A stretch of DNA of 64,000 nucleotides. Origin: Alphaproteobacteria bacterium (lineage in GTDB: Bacteria; Pseudomonadota; Alphaproteobacteria; MPNO01). This document shows positions 17,946 to 32,380 of this stretch, piece after piece; position 1 is the stretch's first letter; the number at the start of each line of letters is the position of its first letter. The notes below the pieces were generated by a model. The model did no database searches and was not told the origin of the DNA. It saw only the letters and a program-made list of their open reading frames with translations. The position numbers and the translations under genes were made by a program. The DNA lies in NCBI GenBank assembly GCA_964291675.2, contig OZ219866.1, positions 2,624,001-2,688,000 on the forward strand. Reading direction: 5' to 3'.

Positions 17946-19034
17946 TCAGGGCGCGTACTCCTCGCCGCGGGCGCGGCGGGTCATGAACAGGTTCGAATCG
18001 AGCTCGGTCCCGAGCCCCCGCTCGCGGGCGATTTCCAGCACGCGCTTGCAGACCGAGGCGAACTGGATACCCATCCCGACATTGTTGGAATGCAGCGTGA
18101 TCTGGCTTGACGACGTGCGGCCGCGGGTCGCGCCGATGCACAGCTCGCCGAGCTCGTGGATATTGTCCCACGACGTGTAGCCGCGGCGGAGCGGCATCAG
18201 AATGTCCGCCTGCCGGTCCAGCTCCACCTGCTCGCGCAGATTGACCACGATCACCTCGGCGCGACGAACCGTCTCGTCGTCGATCTCGCGGCGGCCGTCG
18301 AACTTGCTGGCGCCCACCATGCTGATCACATGGGCGCCATCCGGCAGCCAGCGCCCGAATATCACCGGATCGGCCGAGTTGGTGGCGGCGACCACGATGT
18401 CGGACCCGGCGACCGCCTCCTCCGCCGTGCCCGCCGCCTGTGCGGTAACGCCCAGATCCTCCGACACGGAGCGGGCGAAACGCTCCCGGTTGGCCGCCGT
18501 GGGCGAGAACACCCTGATGCTGCGGATCGACGGGCGGACCGCGAGCAGCGCCTCGACCTGGGCGCGCGCCTGCTTGCCGGCGCCGAGCAGGCCCAGCGTG
18601 GCCGCGTCCTCCCGCGCCAGGTAGCGGGCCGCGAGCCCCGACGTGGCACCCACCCGAAGCGGCGAGACGGCGTGGTCGTGGACGATCCCCAGGAGCTCGC
18701 GGCTGGCGATGTCCCACACCAGAACGAAGCCCGAGAAATCCCCCGGGATGGTCTGGCGGGTGCCGGCACCCTCGCGGCGATAGGTCGTGTGCGCCGCGTT
18801 CAGACGGATCGCCGCCACGCCGTGGCAGGGCACGATGCCGGGAATCACATTGAGCCAGAACCAGGTGGGGTCCTCGTACTGGGTTTCCGGCACGTAGAGA
18901 CGCTGGCGCGGGACGATGCGGGCGCGGTTGGCGCCGAAGTCGCGATAGGCCTCCTCCATCAACCGGATCGCCTCGGCCATGCCGAGCAGGCCGGCCGCCT
19001 CCTCGTTGGTCAGAACGAGTACTCCGTCCGCCAT
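17946..19034 (-). CDS. ornithine cyclodeaminase/mu-crystallin family protein
   Basis: LRVGATSGLAA, GLLGAGKQA, VVAATNS, GMGIQ. Confidence 0.88.
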   Translation of the reverse strand: MADGVLVLTNEEAAGLLGMAEAIRLMEEAYRDFGANRARIVPRQRLYVPETQYEDPTWFWLNVIPGIVPCHGVAAIRLNAAHTTYRREGAGTRQTIPGDFSGFVLVWDIASRELLGIVHDHAVSPLRVGATSGLAARYLAREDAATLGLLGAGKQARAQVEALLAVRPSIRSIRVFSPTAANRERFARSVSEDLGVTAQAAGTAEEAVAGSDIVVAATNSADPVIFGRWLPDGAHVISMVGASKFDGRREIDDETVRRAEVIVVNLREQVELDRQADILMPLRRGYTSWDNIHELGELCIGATRGRTSSSQITLHSNNVGMGIQFASVCKRVLEIARERGLGTELDSNLFMTRRARGEEYAP

Positions 19035-19189
19035 GATCGCCTCGCTGGTTCAAAGCCGCGTCGAGCGCGGGGTCGTGGCCTCAACCCGTCTTCCAGGCCC
19101 CGGCGACCCGGGAATCGGGAGGCTTGTGCAGAGCGGGTGTCGTGCATTTGCGCCGTCGCGCCCCAGCCGATGGGCCCGTTCCCGCGTTT

Positions 19190-20173
19190 CTACTTGGCGA
19201 ACTTCTCCCGCAGCGCCTTCGCGTGCGGCGATCCGGTGGCCTCCAGGCGTTTCCAGACCTCGGCCGCCGCGTCGGCGACGAACGTCTTCGCCGGGCCGTC
19301 CTTGAGCCTGATCACCTTGAGCCCGGCCGCTTCGAGCGCCCGCTGCTCCTTGGTCACCGCGGCCTCCCAGAACCCGACGGCGGTCTTCTCATAGGCTGTC
19401 GTGGCGTCGGTCAGCGCCTTGCGCGCGCCGGCCGGCAGGGACTGCCACTTCTTCAGATTGACCAGCGTCACCCCGTCGGCTTGCAGGAAGGACGGGTCGA
19501 TCCGGTGATTGATGAATTTCTGCCAGCCGAGGTCGGTGATCGCAAGCGCCGGCCAGCCCATCCCGACGATCACGCCGCGCTCCAGCCCGGTATAGATGTC
19601 GGGCGCCCGCATGGCCACGTTGATGACGCCGATCTTCTTGAAGAAGTTGGTGTACATCGGCGCCGAGCGAAGCTTGAGCCCGCGCAGGTCGACGCCACCG
19701 TCCCCGGTCACCTTGGGCGGCCTGGTGAGAAAGACGTGAAACCCGAACCCGGCGATCGTCCAGCCGAGGAAATGCGCCTTCAGCTTCTCGCCGTAAATCC
19801 GGTCGAGCAGGTCGACGCCGCCGTTCCCGCGCGCCTCCCAGGGCGTGACGTTGCTGGCGCTCAGCGCATCCACCTCCGGGACCAGCCCGCGATGGAAGCT
19901 GGCCGGCGCCCAAAGCATGTCGACGATGCCGTTCCTGAGCGCGCCGGCCTGCTGCATCATCGGGATCGCCGCCGGTCCGCCGACCAGCTCGACCCTGTAC
20001 ACCCCCTTGCCGGCCTGGTTGAGGATGCGGATGTAGTTGAGGAACTCCTTGCCGAATATCTGCTGCGGCGGGAACGGATTTATCGCCCGGATCGTGACCT
20101 CCGCATGCGCCGCCGGCGCCATCGACGCCGAAGCCAGGAGACAGGCGGCGAGCATCATCGCTCTCTTGAACAT
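19190..20173 (-). CDS. dctP: TRAP transporter substrate-binding protein
   Basis: Signal peptide, DLRGLKLR, DIYTGLERGV. Confidence 0.88.
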   Translation of the reverse strand: MFKRAMMLAACLLASASMAPAAHAEVTIRAINPFPPQQIFGKEFLNYIRILNQAGKGVYRVELVGGPAAIPMMQQAGALRNGIVDMLWAPASFHRGLVPEVDALSASNVTPWEARGNGGVDLLDRIYGEKLKAHFLGWTIAGFGFHVFLTRPPKVTGDGGVDLRGLKLRSAPMYTNFFKKIGVINVAMRAPDIYTGLERGVIVGMGWPALAITDLGWQKFINHRIDPSFLQADGVTLVNLKKWQSLPAGARKALTDATTAYEKTAVGFWEAAVTKEQRALEAAGLKVIRLKDGPAKTFVADAAAEVWKRLEATGSPHAKALREKFAK

Positions 20174-20269
20174 GACTTTTCTCCCCCTGAAACGGATATG
20201 TTTTCCTTATTGCCTACAGCCTACGCGAGGGCCCCGTTTCGTCCTAGCCTTTCCCGGCACGGCGATCCG

Positions 20270-21583
20270 TCAGCCAATCGCGCCAGGCAGGAACAAGGCG
20301 ATATCGGGAAAGACGGCGAGGGCCAGCATCAGGACGAAAACGCAGAGGATATAGGGCACCGCCGCCCGCGCCACGTCGGGCAGGGTGGTGTCGCGCGGGC
20401 CGACGCCCAGCATGACGAAGAGCAGCAATCCGAAGGGCGGGGTAACGAGACCGACTTCGAGCCCGAGCAGGATGAACAGGCCGAACCAGACCATGTCGAG
20501 CCCGAACGACTGGGCGAGCGGGATGAACACCGGCAGGGTGATCAGCATCATCGACACCTGGTCCATGAACATGCCGAGAAACAGCAGGATCAGGAACATG
20601 AAGAAGAGCATCGCGTAGGGCGAGACGTCGAGGCCGGTGACCTGGCCCAGCAGACCGGGGGTGGCGCCGGAGAAGGTCAGGATCTGGCTGAAGGTCGACG
20701 AGCCGATGATGATCAGGAACACCATCGCGGTGACCCGCGTGGTCCCTTCGACCGCCCTGGTCAGGGCGTCCCAGGTGAAGCAGCGATAGACCAGGGCGAG
20801 CAGCAGCACCGAGATGACGCCGAAGGCCGAGGCCTCGGTCGGCGTCGCGACCCCGACGATGATCAGCCCGACGACGGCGAACACGACGACGCCCATCGGC
20901 AGAATGTTCGCCGCGACGAGCTTCGCCAGCTCGACTGCCGTCGGTCGCGAAACGTCATAGCCCGGCGCCGCTTCCGGGTCGCGCTTGACCTGGCAGAAGA
21001 TCACCACCACGTATGCCAGCGCGAGCAGCAGGCCGGGCACCAGCCCGGCGATCAGCAGCGCGCCGATGTCGATGCGCGCCAGGCTTCCGAGCAGCACCGC
21101 GAGGCTGGACGGCGGGATGATGATGGCGAGCCCGCCGGTGCCCAGGATCGGCCCGATCACCATGTGCTTCTTGTAGCCGCGGCTGGTCATCTCGGGGACC
21201 ATCAGCGAGCCCAGCATCGCGGTATTGGCCATGCTGGAGCCGGACAGCGCCGCAAACAGCGTGCCGCCCACCACGGTCAGGTAGGACAGCCGTCCCGGCA
21301 GCCGGCCGAAGCACTTGTCGAGCGCATCGAAGACCCGCAGCGCCATGCCGGTGTGGAAGAAGATCTCGCCCATCAGCAGGAACAGCGGCACCGGCACGAG
21401 GGCGAACGTCGTCACCGACTCGGTCGCATTCGCCACCAGCTGCTCGATCCCCACCATCCCGCCGAAGAACACGAAGACGCCGGCGACGTTGACCAGCAGG
21501 AACGCGAACGCCACGGGGATGCCGAGCATCATCAGCCCGACCACGGCACCCAGCAGCAGCGCGATCGTCTCGTACCAGATCAT
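20270..21583 (-). CDS. dctM: TRAP transporter large permease
   Basis: VPLFLLMGE, ALSGSS, IIPPS, TPTEAS, TPPFG. Confidence 0.92.
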   Translation of the reverse strand: MIWYETIALLLGAVVGLMMLGIPVAFAFLLVNVAGVFVFFGGMVGIEQLVANATESVTTFALVPVPLFLLMGEIFFHTGMALRVFDALDKCFGRLPGRLSYLTVVGGTLFAALSGSSMANTAMLGSLMVPEMTSRGYKKHMVIGPILGTGGLAIIIPPSSLAVLLGSLARIDIGALLIAGLVPGLLLALAYVVVIFCQVKRDPEAAPGYDVSRPTAVELAKLVAANILPMGVVVFAVVGLIIVGVATPTEASAFGVISVLLLALVYRCFTWDALTRAVEGTTRVTAMVFLIIIGSSTFSQILTFSGATPGLLGQVTGLDVSPYAMLFFMFLILLFLGMFMDQVSMMLITLPVFIPLAQSFGLDMVWFGLFILLGLEVGLVTPPFGLLLFVMLGVGPRDTTLPDVARAAVPYILCVFVLMLALAVFPDIALFLPGAIG

Positions 21584-21586
21584 CGG

Positions 21587-22135
21587 TCAGACGATGCCCC
21601 GCTGTTGCTCGTCGCCGCGATAGAGCGAGCCGCGGCCGAACAGGAGCACCAGGAATTCGATACCGATCAGCGTGAAGCCCATGCCGATCGAGGAGAACAG
21701 GATCCAGCGCGGCATGTCGATCGACCGGATATCGATCTCGCCGCCGAGAAAGCTCGCATAGCCGGTTTTGAAGCCGTAGGCGGCCAGCAGCAGGCTGACC
21801 GCGGCACAGCCCAGATAGATCGCGCGCTCCAGAACCCGCCTGAGCGTCGACGGCACCAGGTTGAAGAACGACGTCACCACCACGTGGCCGCGGCTTCTCA
21901 CCAGCCAGGGCGAGGCGAGCATGGCGACGAACAGGAGGCTGTATTCGCTCACGCCGCTGGTCGCTTGCGGCGGCTGCAGCCCGAAGGCCCGCAACACCAC
22001 GTCATAGGCGACCAGAGCCGCGATCCCGCACAGCATCGCGCCGGCCAATCGGGCAAGCCCGCGAAGCAGGACGACATAGGCACCTGCCAGCCGCGCCTTG
22101 CGCGAGGGAGGCTTACCGCGGGCGGTCGATGGCAT
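21587..22135 (-). CDS. dctQ: TRAP transporter small permease
   Basis: Four TM helices, GHV motif, adjacent to dctM. Confidence 0.85.
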   Translation of the reverse strand: MPSTARGKPPSRKARLAGAYVVLLRGLARLAGAMLCGIAALVAYDVVLRAFGLQPPQATSGVSEYSLLFVAMLASPWLVRSRGHVVVTSFFNLVPSTLRRVLERAIYLGCAAVSLLLAAYGFKTGYASFLGGEIDIRSIDMPRWILFSSIGMGFTLIGIEFLVLLFGRGSLYRGDEQQRGIV

Positions 22136-22554
22136 CTGCGTCTGCGCTACGCCGGAAGGGCTGGAACGCTATCCGGTGCGAACGCGGCTCCGCGCCATCC
22201 CCGGCGGGGTCGGGGCCGATCCCGGTGCTCTCGCGGCGACGCCCCGCCCGCGCCTGCGCGTGCCGGGCAACCGGTCTCACCAGGACAGCCACCAGCACCT
22301 CCCCGTGGCCGGACGGCGGCGCGCGGCCGGCTGCCGGTTCCCGATCGCTTCCTCTCGGGCGCCGCCGATCCGATCCAGACTACCGCAAAGCGGTCGGGGC
22401 GACATCATCTGGCCGTAGACTTGCGGATACCCCCCGCCGACCTCGCCGCGGGACACCCCGGACGCCTTCGACGGTGTCGACCGAAGCGCCCTGTTCTCGG
22501 GGATTGGAGAATTTCGCCCTCTGGCCGGGGCGGTCCCACGCCAAGCCGTGCGCG

Positions 22555-23316
22555 TCAGCGCGACCGCTCGCGGAAGCGGCGGCGGTAGCCGGGGTCGTAG
22601 AGCGCGCTCTCGCGGAAATCCTCGGCCGCCAGCACCGGGCCGACCAGGATCGTCGCCGTGCGTTCCATCGGCGATGCGGCGGCCAGCGCCTCGACGGTGC
22701 CCAGCGTCCCCTTGACCACCCGCTCCTCCGGCCAGCTCGCGCGGCAGACGATGGCGACCGGGCAGTCCGCGCCGTAATGGGGTTCGAGCTCCGCCACCAC
22801 GCGGTCGAGCGCCTGGATCGACAGATGGATCGCGAGCGTCGCGCCCGAGGCCGCGAAGGCCGCCAGGGTCTCGCGCGCCGGCATCTTCGAGGCGCGGCCG
22901 GGCGTCCGGGTCAGCACCAGGGATTGCGCGACCCCGGGCAAAGTGAGCTCGCGCCCGAGCGCCGCCGCCGCCGCCGCGAAGGCGGGCACCCCGGGCGTCA
23001 TGGTGTAGGGGATGCCGAGCCGGTCGAGACGGCGGAACTGCTCGCCCGCCGCGCTCCACACCGAGAGGTCCCCGGAATGCAGCCGGGCCACGTCCTTCCC
23101 GGCGTCGTGTGCGATGCGGATGCGCGCGACGATCCCGTCCAGGCTCATCGGCGCGGTGTCGACGATCTCCGCGTCCGCCGGGCAGTGGGCGAGGATGCCG
23201 GGATGGACCAGCGAGCCGGCGTAGAGGCAGACCGGGCAGCGTCCCAGCAGGTCGCGGCCGCGCAGCGTGATCAAATCCGGCGCGCCGGGCCCGGCGCCGA
23301 TGAAATGGACCGTCAT
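22555..23316 (-). CDS. cobM: precorrin-4 C11-methyltransferase
   Basis: [34 protein letters not shown]. Confidence 0.96.
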   Translation of the reverse strand: MTVHFIGAGPGAPDLITLRGRDLLGRCPVCLYAGSLVHPGILAHCPADAEIVDTAPMSLDGIVARIRIAHDAGKDVARLHSGDLSVWSAAGEQFRRLDRLGIPYTMTPGVPAFAAAAAALGRELTLPGVAQSLVLTRTPGRASKMPARETLAAFAASGATLAIHLSIQALDRVVAELEPHYGADCPVAIVCRASWPEERVVKGTLGTVEALAAASPMERTATILVGPVLAAEDFRESALYDPGYRRRFRERSR

Positions 23317-23696
23317 GCGCCCTCCCCCCGCGCCACCGCGCAGGTCACCCCGCCCAGCGCGATCCGCGCCAGCACCAGCACCGGGTTGCGCCCGCAGGCG
23401 GCGAGCGCCGCGGCCTCGGCCACCGCGCCGAGCCCGGTCGCGCGCTCTGCCGCCGCCGTTCTTGTGGCGCAGAGCTGCTGCACCGCTTCGAGGCGGGACC
23501 GCGCGACGAGGCGGAGCGGCAGGCCGAGCGCCGCCGCCGCCGCCGCGATCCCTGCCTCGTCCGCCTTGAATTCGGGGGCGGCCAGCGCGTCGATGCGATC
23601 GGCGGGGAGGCCGGTGCGCGCCAGCGCCTCGCCGATTGCGGCGCCGATGCGCTCCGCCGGGGAGCCGCGGCGGCAGCCGATGCCGACCACGATCAC
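23313..23696 (-). CDS. cobE: cobalamin biosynthesis protein CobE (CbiG C-terminal type)
   Basis: [27 protein letters not shown]; GTGA overlap with cobL. Confidence 0.88.
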   Translation of the reverse strand: MIVVGIGCRRGSPAERIGAAIGEALARTGLPADRIDALAAPEFKADEAGIAAAAAALGLPLRLVARSRLEAVQQLCATRTAAAERATGLGAVAEAAALAACGRNPVLVLARIALGGVTCAVARGEGA

Positions 23697-24943
23697 GGTT
23701 TTACCGCCCTGAGCTGGGTCACCGTCAGCGCCGGGCGGAACCCCTGCATGCCGCCGATCCGGTCCAGCCGCTCCACCGAGAGCCGGGTGAGGGTGCCGCC
23801 GGTCTCGTGCGCGAACGCGCCGAGCGCGAGCTCGCCCTCCAGCGTCACGCCGTTGGCCACCAGCCTGCCGCCCGGCGGCAGCGCCCGCCACGCCGCCTCC
23901 AGCAAACCCGCCGCGATCCCGCCGCCGACGAACGCCGCATCCGGCGGCGGCAGCCCGGCGAGCGCCGCCGGCGCCTCGCCCGCGACGATGTCGAGATGCG
24001 GCACGCCGAGGGCGGCGGCGTTCCTCCGCGCCCGCGCCGCGCGGTCCGCGCGCCGCTCGACCGCCACCGCTCGGTTGGCCCTGTGGGCGAGCAGCCACTC
24101 GATGGCGACCGAGCCCGAGCCCGCGCCGATATCCCACAACAGCTCGCCTGCGCGGGGCGCGAGGCTGGAGAGCGTCACCGCCCGGATCTCGCGCTTGGTC
24201 AGCATGCCGTCGGTCTCGAACAGCGCGTCCGGCAGCCCGGCGCCGAGCGGCACCACGCGCGCCCCGGGCGCCGCCGCGACGGTTATCGCCAGCGTGTTGA
24301 GCCGCCCCGCATCGGCGATGTCGAAATCCGCCGCGCGGCATTCGCGCACCCGTTCCGAGGGCCCGCCGAGCGATTCGAGGATCGCGATCCGGCTCTCGCC
24401 GAACCCGTTCGCGGTCAATAGTTGCGCAACGGATCGCGGCGTCGTCTCGTCGGCCGAGAGCACCAGCAGCCGGCGCCCGGGCTGGAGGCGGGGGACCAGG
24501 GTTTCCACCGGATGGCCGCAGAGCGAGACCAGCGCCGCATCCTGCACCGCCCAGCCCATCCGCCCCGCCGCGAGGGCGAAAGAGGAAGGTGCCGGGTGGA
24601 CCGCCATCTCGTCCGCCGGGACGGTCTCGGCCAGCACCGAGCCGATGCCGTGGTGGAACGGATCGCCCGAGGCGAGCACCGCGACCGGCGTGCCGCGCAG
24701 CGCCGCGATGCGGGGGATGGCGTCGCGGATGGGGCTGGGCCAGGCGACCGCCTCGCCCCCTATCGTCCCTTCGAGCAGCCGCAGATGGCGGCGCCCGCCG
24801 AACACCGCCCCGGCACCGGCGACGGCCTTGAGGGCGGCCGGCGACAATCCCTCGACGCCGTCCTCGCCGACCCCGATAATCGCGAGCCAGCGCCCGACGG
24901 GGGCGGCTTCATCGAACGACGGAAGAGAGCCAGGGGCTGTCAC
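23693..24943 (-). CDS. cobL: precorrin-6Y C5,15-methyltransferase (decarboxylating)
   Basis: [32 protein letters not shown]; start approximate. Confidence 0.93.
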   Translation of the reverse strand: MTAPGSLPSFDEAAPVGRWLAIIGVGEDGVEGLSPAALKAVAGAGAVFGGRRHLRLLEGTIGGEAVAWPSPIRDAIPRIAALRGTPVAVLASGDPFHHGIGSVLAETVPADEMAVHPAPSSFALAAGRMGWAVQDAALVSLCGHPVETLVPRLQPGRRLLVLSADETTPRSVAQLLTANGFGESRIAILESLGGPSERVRECRAADFDIADAGRLNTLAITVAAAPGARVVPLGAGLPDALFETDGMLTKREIRAVTLSSLAPRAGELLWDIGAGSGSVAIEWLLAHRANRAVAVERRADRAARARRNAAALGVPHLDIVAGEAPAALAGLPPPDAAFVGGGIAAGLLEAAWRALPPGGRLVANGVTLEGELALGAFAHETGGTLTRLSVERLDRIGGMQGFRPALTVTQLRAVKP

Positions 24944-25704
24944 GGCCAAGAATCCTCTTGCTCGGCGGGACCGCCGAGGCCGGCGCGCTCGCCCGGCGGA
25001 TCGCGGATGACGGGCGGTTCGAGGGAACCCTGTCGCTCGCCGGCGCGACGCGCGCCCCCGCGGCCTCGCCGCTCGCGACCCGGATCGGCGGTTTCGGCGG
25101 GGCGGACGGGCTCGCCCGCTATCTCGGCGCCAACCGCATCGACGCGCTGCTCGACGCGACCCATCCCTTCGCCACCGGGATTTCCGCCAACGCCGCCGCC
25201 GCGGCTTCCGCCGTCGGGGTGCCCTGGCTCGCCATCCTGCGTCCGCCCTGGCGCGAGGCGGCGGGCGATCGCTGGATCCGGGTGCCGGATATCGGGGCCG
25301 CGGCGCGAGCGCTGGGAGACCGGCCGCGCCGCGTGTTCCTGACCATCGGCCGCAAGGACCTCGCGCCGTTCCGCGGCACCCCGCATGCCTACCTGGTCCG
25401 CAGCGTGGATCCACCGCCGCCCGACGACCTGCCGGACGGGGCGATCGCGATCGCGGCGCGCGGCCCCTTCTCGGTCGACCACGAAGAGCGCCTGCTGCAA
25501 CGGCACCGGATCGACGTGCTGGTCACCAAGAACTCCGGCGGGGAGGCGACCGCGGCCAAGCTCGCCGCCGCGAGAAGGCTGGGGATTCCGGTCGTCATGG
25601 TGGACCGCCCGCCCGCCTTGGGCCCGGCGGTGGAGACGGTCGACGAGGCGTGGGAGTGGCTGGTGGCGCGTCATGCCGGGACCGCCGCCCTGCGCGGCGT
25701 GTAG
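24937..25704 (+). CDS. cobK: precorrin-6A reductase
   Basis: ILLLGGTAEA, GGFGGADGL, DATHPFA, RGPF, KNSGG; start uncertain (CTG 24937 or TTG 24958). Confidence 0.93.
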   Translation: MSRPRILLLGGTAEAGALARRIADDGRFEGTLSLAGATRAPAASPLATRIGGFGGADGLARYLGANRIDALLDATHPFATGISANAAAAASAVGVPWLAILRPPWREAAGDRWIRVPDIGAAARALGDRPRRVFLTIGRKDLAPFRGTPHAYLVRSVDPPPPDDLPDGAIAIAARGPFSVDHEERLLQRHRIDVLVTKNSGGEATAAKLAAARRLGIPVVMVDRPPALGPAVETVDEAWEWLVARHAGTAALRGV

Positions 25705-26426
25705 ACCCAGGCGCCGCCGCCCGCCCGCGGAACGCTGCGCGTCGCGCTCGATCCCACGATGACCAGGGTGCGCATGTCGGCCATCTCCGCCCGGGCCTCG
25801 GCGAGCTTTACGACGGCGATCTCCTCGTCCGGCCGGCTGACCGCGGTCGCGAACACCACCGGCGTGTCGCCCGCGCGCAGGCCGCGCAGCAGCGCCAGCG
25901 CCTCGCCGAGCTGCCAGGGCCGCGCCCGCGAGGCCGGGTTGTAGAGGGCGATCACGAAATCGGCCTCCGCCGCGGCGCGCAGCCGCGCGAGCACGGTCTT
26001 CCACGGCTTGAGGTTGTCGGACAGCGAGATGGCGCAGAAATCGTGGCCGAGCGGCGCGCCGATGCGCGCGGCGGCGGCGGTCATCGCGGTCACGCCGGGG
26101 ACCACCTCGATCTCGACATCCGCGCCGCCCGCCTCTTCCAGCGCCTCGAACAGGGTCGCCGCCATGGCGAACACCCCGGCATCGCCCGACGAGACCAGGG
26201 CGACGGTCTCTCCCGCCCCGGCGAGCCGCAGCGCGTGACGCGCGCGCTCCAGCTCCTCGCGGTTGTCGGAGGGGTGGACGGTCTGGTCCTTGCGCGCCGC
26301 GAGGCGGGCGAGATAGGGGCCGTAGCCCACCAGGTGCCGTGCCGCACCCAGCGCGTCCGCCGCCGCCGGCGTCAGATGGCGCGCATCGCCCGGCCCCAGC
26401 CCGACCACATGGACGCGCCCGCTCAC
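25671..26426 (-). CDS. cobJ: precorrin-3B C17-methyltransferase
   Basis: VVGLGPG, VSSGDAGVFAMA, GHDFCAISLSDNLKPW, YTPR. Confidence 0.95.
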   Translation of the reverse strand: MSGRVHVVGLGPGDARHLTPAAADALGAARHLVGYGPYLARLAARKDQTVHPSDNREELERARHALRLAGAGETVALVSSGDAGVFAMAATLFEALEEAGGADVEIEVVPGVTAMTAAAARIGAPLGHDFCAISLSDNLKPWKTVLARLRAAAEADFVIALYNPASRARPWQLGEALALLRGLRAGDTPVVFATAVSRPDEEIAVVKLAEARAEMADMRTLVIVGSSATRSVPRAGGGAWVYTPRRAAVPA

Positions 26427-27154
26427 GTCCCGGCCCGCGCGGTCGGCACCAGCACCAGCGAGAAATAGGCGGCCTCGTCCGCCGGCGCGTCGGCCAGCGC
26501 GACGATGCGTTCGCCCGGCATGGTGCCGCGTTCCACCAGAATCGCGCGGTCGAGCAGCCCCGCCCGCTCCAGCGCCCGGCGGATCTTCGGCAGGTTGCGC
26601 CCGGCCTTCATGACCACCGCCGCGTCGGCCGTCCCAAGGCCTTCGGCGAGCGCCTCTTCCGCCGCCGTGCCGGCGAGCACCGCGAGGCTATCCTCGCCGC
26701 GCGTCATCGGCGTGCCGACCCGGCCCCAGCAGCCCGCCATCGCGGTCACGCCGGGTACGATCTCGATCTCGTAGCGCCCCGCCAGCCGGTCGTTCACATA
26801 CATGAACGAGCCGTAGAACAGCGGGTCGCCCTCGCACAGAAGGGCGACGTCCCTGCCGCCGTCGAGGATGGCGGCGATGTCCGCCGCGGCCTGGTCGTAG
26901 AGCGCCGCCATCGCGTCGCGGTAGGCGGCGGATAGGCGCGGAATCTGGGTGGTGTAGGGGAAGGCGAAGCGGAGCTCCTCCGCCTCCGCGCGGATATGGC
27001 CACCCGCGATGCGCCGCGCCTGGCCTTCGCCGCCGGATCGGGCGAAATGGGCGACGACCGGCGCCTCGCGCAGCAGCCGCGCCGCCTTGAGCGTCAGCAG
27101 CTCCGGATCGCCGGGTCCGACGCCGATGCCGAACAGCGTGCCCCGGACCGTCAT
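26423..27154 (-). CDS. cobI: precorrin-2 C20-methyltransferase
   Basis: [29 protein letters not shown]. Confidence 0.94.
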   Translation of the reverse strand: MTVRGTLFGIGVGPGDPELLTLKAARLLREAPVVAHFARSGGEGQARRIAGGHIRAEAEELRFAFPYTTQIPRLSAAYRDAMAALYDQAAADIAAILDGGRDVALLCEGDPLFYGSFMYVNDRLAGRYEIEIVPGVTAMAGCWGRVGTPMTRGEDSLAVLAGTAAEEALAEGLGTADAAVVMKAGRNLPKIRRALERAGLLDRAILVERGTMPGERIVALADAPADEAAYFSLVLVPTARAGT

Positions 27155-27783
27155 TCCAGGTCGCTCGCCAGCGCGTTGACCGCCGCGGTGGCGAGCGCGC
27201 TGCCGCCCCGCCGGCCGCGCACCACGAGATGCGGCGGGTGGGGCCGTGCCGCCAGCGCCGCCTTCGACTCCGCCGCGCCGACGAACCCGACCGGGACGCC
27301 GATCACCGCGGCCGGCGGGGGCGCGCCGTCGTCCAGCATCTCCATCAGCCGGAACAAGGCGGTCGGCGCGTTTCCCACCGCGACCAGCGCACCCTCCAGC
27401 CGGTCGCGCCACAGCCCGAGCGCCGCCGCCGAGCGGGTGGTGCCCAGACGCCGGGCGAGCGCCGGCACCGCGTCCTCGCCAAGGGTGCAGATCACCGCGT
27501 TCTCCGCCGGCAGGCGGGACCGGGTGATCCCGCTCGCCACCATCTTCGCATCGCACAGGATCGGCGCCCCGGCGCGGAGCGCCGCCCGCGCGGCCGCCGC
27601 GAATCCGGGGGAGAAGCCGATATCGGCGGCGAGGTCGGTCATGCCGCAGGCGTGGATCATGCGCACCGCCACCCGCGCCTCGATGTCCGAGAAGCCGGAG
27701 AGGTCGGCCTCCGCGCGGATGGTGGCGAAGGATTGCCGGTAGATCGCCGCGCCGTCGCGGAGATAGTCGTAGCGTCCGGTCAC
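27151..27783 (-). CDS. cobH: precorrin-8X methylmutase
   Basis: [40 protein letters not shown]. Confidence 0.95.
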   Translation of the reverse strand: MTGRYDYLRDGAAIYRQSFATIRAEADLSGFSDIEARVAVRMIHACGMTDLAADIGFSPGFAAAARAALRAGAPILCDAKMVASGITRSRLPAENAVICTLGEDAVPALARRLGTTRSAAALGLWRDRLEGALVAVGNAPTALFRLMEMLDDGAPPPAAVIGVPVGFVGAAESKAALAARPHPPHLVVRGRRGGSALATAAVNALASDLE

Positions 27784-29017
27784 GGCGCCGGCCCGGACAG
27801 GGCGCTCGCCGCCTGCGCCAGCGTCAGCCCGACCGGCGCGGGCACATCCCCCGGTCGGCCGCCGCGGACCAGGCCGTAACCCGCCTCCCCCGCGACCAGG
27901 GCGACCGGGGCCGGGCCCGGATGGGCGCAGCCCTTGGCGCAGCCGGAGAGGTGCACAAGCCCGGCCGGCACCGCGCCCATCGCGACCAGGCGTGCGGCAT
28001 CGGCGCGGGTGTCGGCATGCGCGGAGGGGCAGCGCGGCCGGCCGGCGCAGGCGACGATGCGCTGCCTCGGATCGTCCGGCTCGACGACGAATCCCGCTTC
28101 CGCCGCGGCGTCGCGAATTGCTTCGACGTTTTCCAGCGCGACCCCGCACAGCACCGCCGCCTTCCACGGTGCGATGCGGATCGTGCCGTCGGCGAAGCGC
28201 CGCGCGATGCCGGCAAGCGCGGCGAGCGCCGCCGCATCGATGGCGCCGAACGGCGCGCCGGCCTGGAAGCACCCGCCCCCGGCAAGCGCCGTGAAGCCCG
28301 CGCACGGGCGGGCCGGCGCCGTCCCGCACGGCGCTGCCGCTTCGCCGGTCGATCCGGCCGCGCCGAACACCTCCGCGGCACCGCACGCCGCGATCATCGC
28401 CCGCATGCGCGGCGCCGGCGTGTCTCGTTTCGCCATCCACGACAGGAACGCGCCGAGCAGCCGGCGCACCGCGTCTTCCACGCCCTCCGGCGGCACGACC
28501 AGCATGCGGTCGCCGCTGTCGAGCGAGATGCCAATCCCCGTCCCGGCGGCCCGCAGCACGATGTCGGCACGCCACTCGGCGAGCGGCAGGGCCGCGCCGG
28601 CATCGACCAGCAGGCCGAACTTGTGCGGCAGGGCGTGCAGCGCGGGATCGCCTTCGAGCATCGCACTCAGGCGGTGCGCGAGACGGTGCGAATCGAAGGC
28701 GGCGCCGGGATCGTCCGGCCCGAGCGGGTCGGCGAGCACGTTGCGCACCGCTTCCGCCCCGGGCTCCGCGGCGGCGAGACCGATCCGCGCCATCTCTCCG
28801 GCGAAGTCCTCGACGCCCGGATCCTTGAACCCGCGGAGCTGGAGGTGGCCGCGATTGGTGAGCTCGACGATGCCGTTGCCGTATCGAGCGGCGCCCGCCG
28901 CCATGCGCGCCGCCTGGTCCGCGGTGAGCGTCGCCGCCCGCGGCTTGACCCGCAGCAGCAGCCCGTCGCCCGATTGCATCGGCGCGAGCAGCGACGGGCA
29001 GCTCCCCCTCGGCGCGC

Positions 29018-29021
<4 letters not shown>
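27780..29021 (-). CDS. cobG: precorrin-3B synthase
   Basis: [41 protein letters not shown]. Confidence 0.92.
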
Positions 29022-32377
<3,356 letters not shown>

Positions 32378-32380
32378 GGC

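Noticed and set aside
22136-22554. 419-bp gap between dctQ and cobM as island right junction or ncRNA
   Set aside because: No att-like repeat matching the left side, no tRNA and no credible ORF found by eye
19124-22588. 1154-aa plus-strand ORF and many similar long Arg/Pro/Gly-rich ORFs in the track
   Set aside because: Antisense or off-frame shadows of recognisable genes in high-GC DNA, with no motifs
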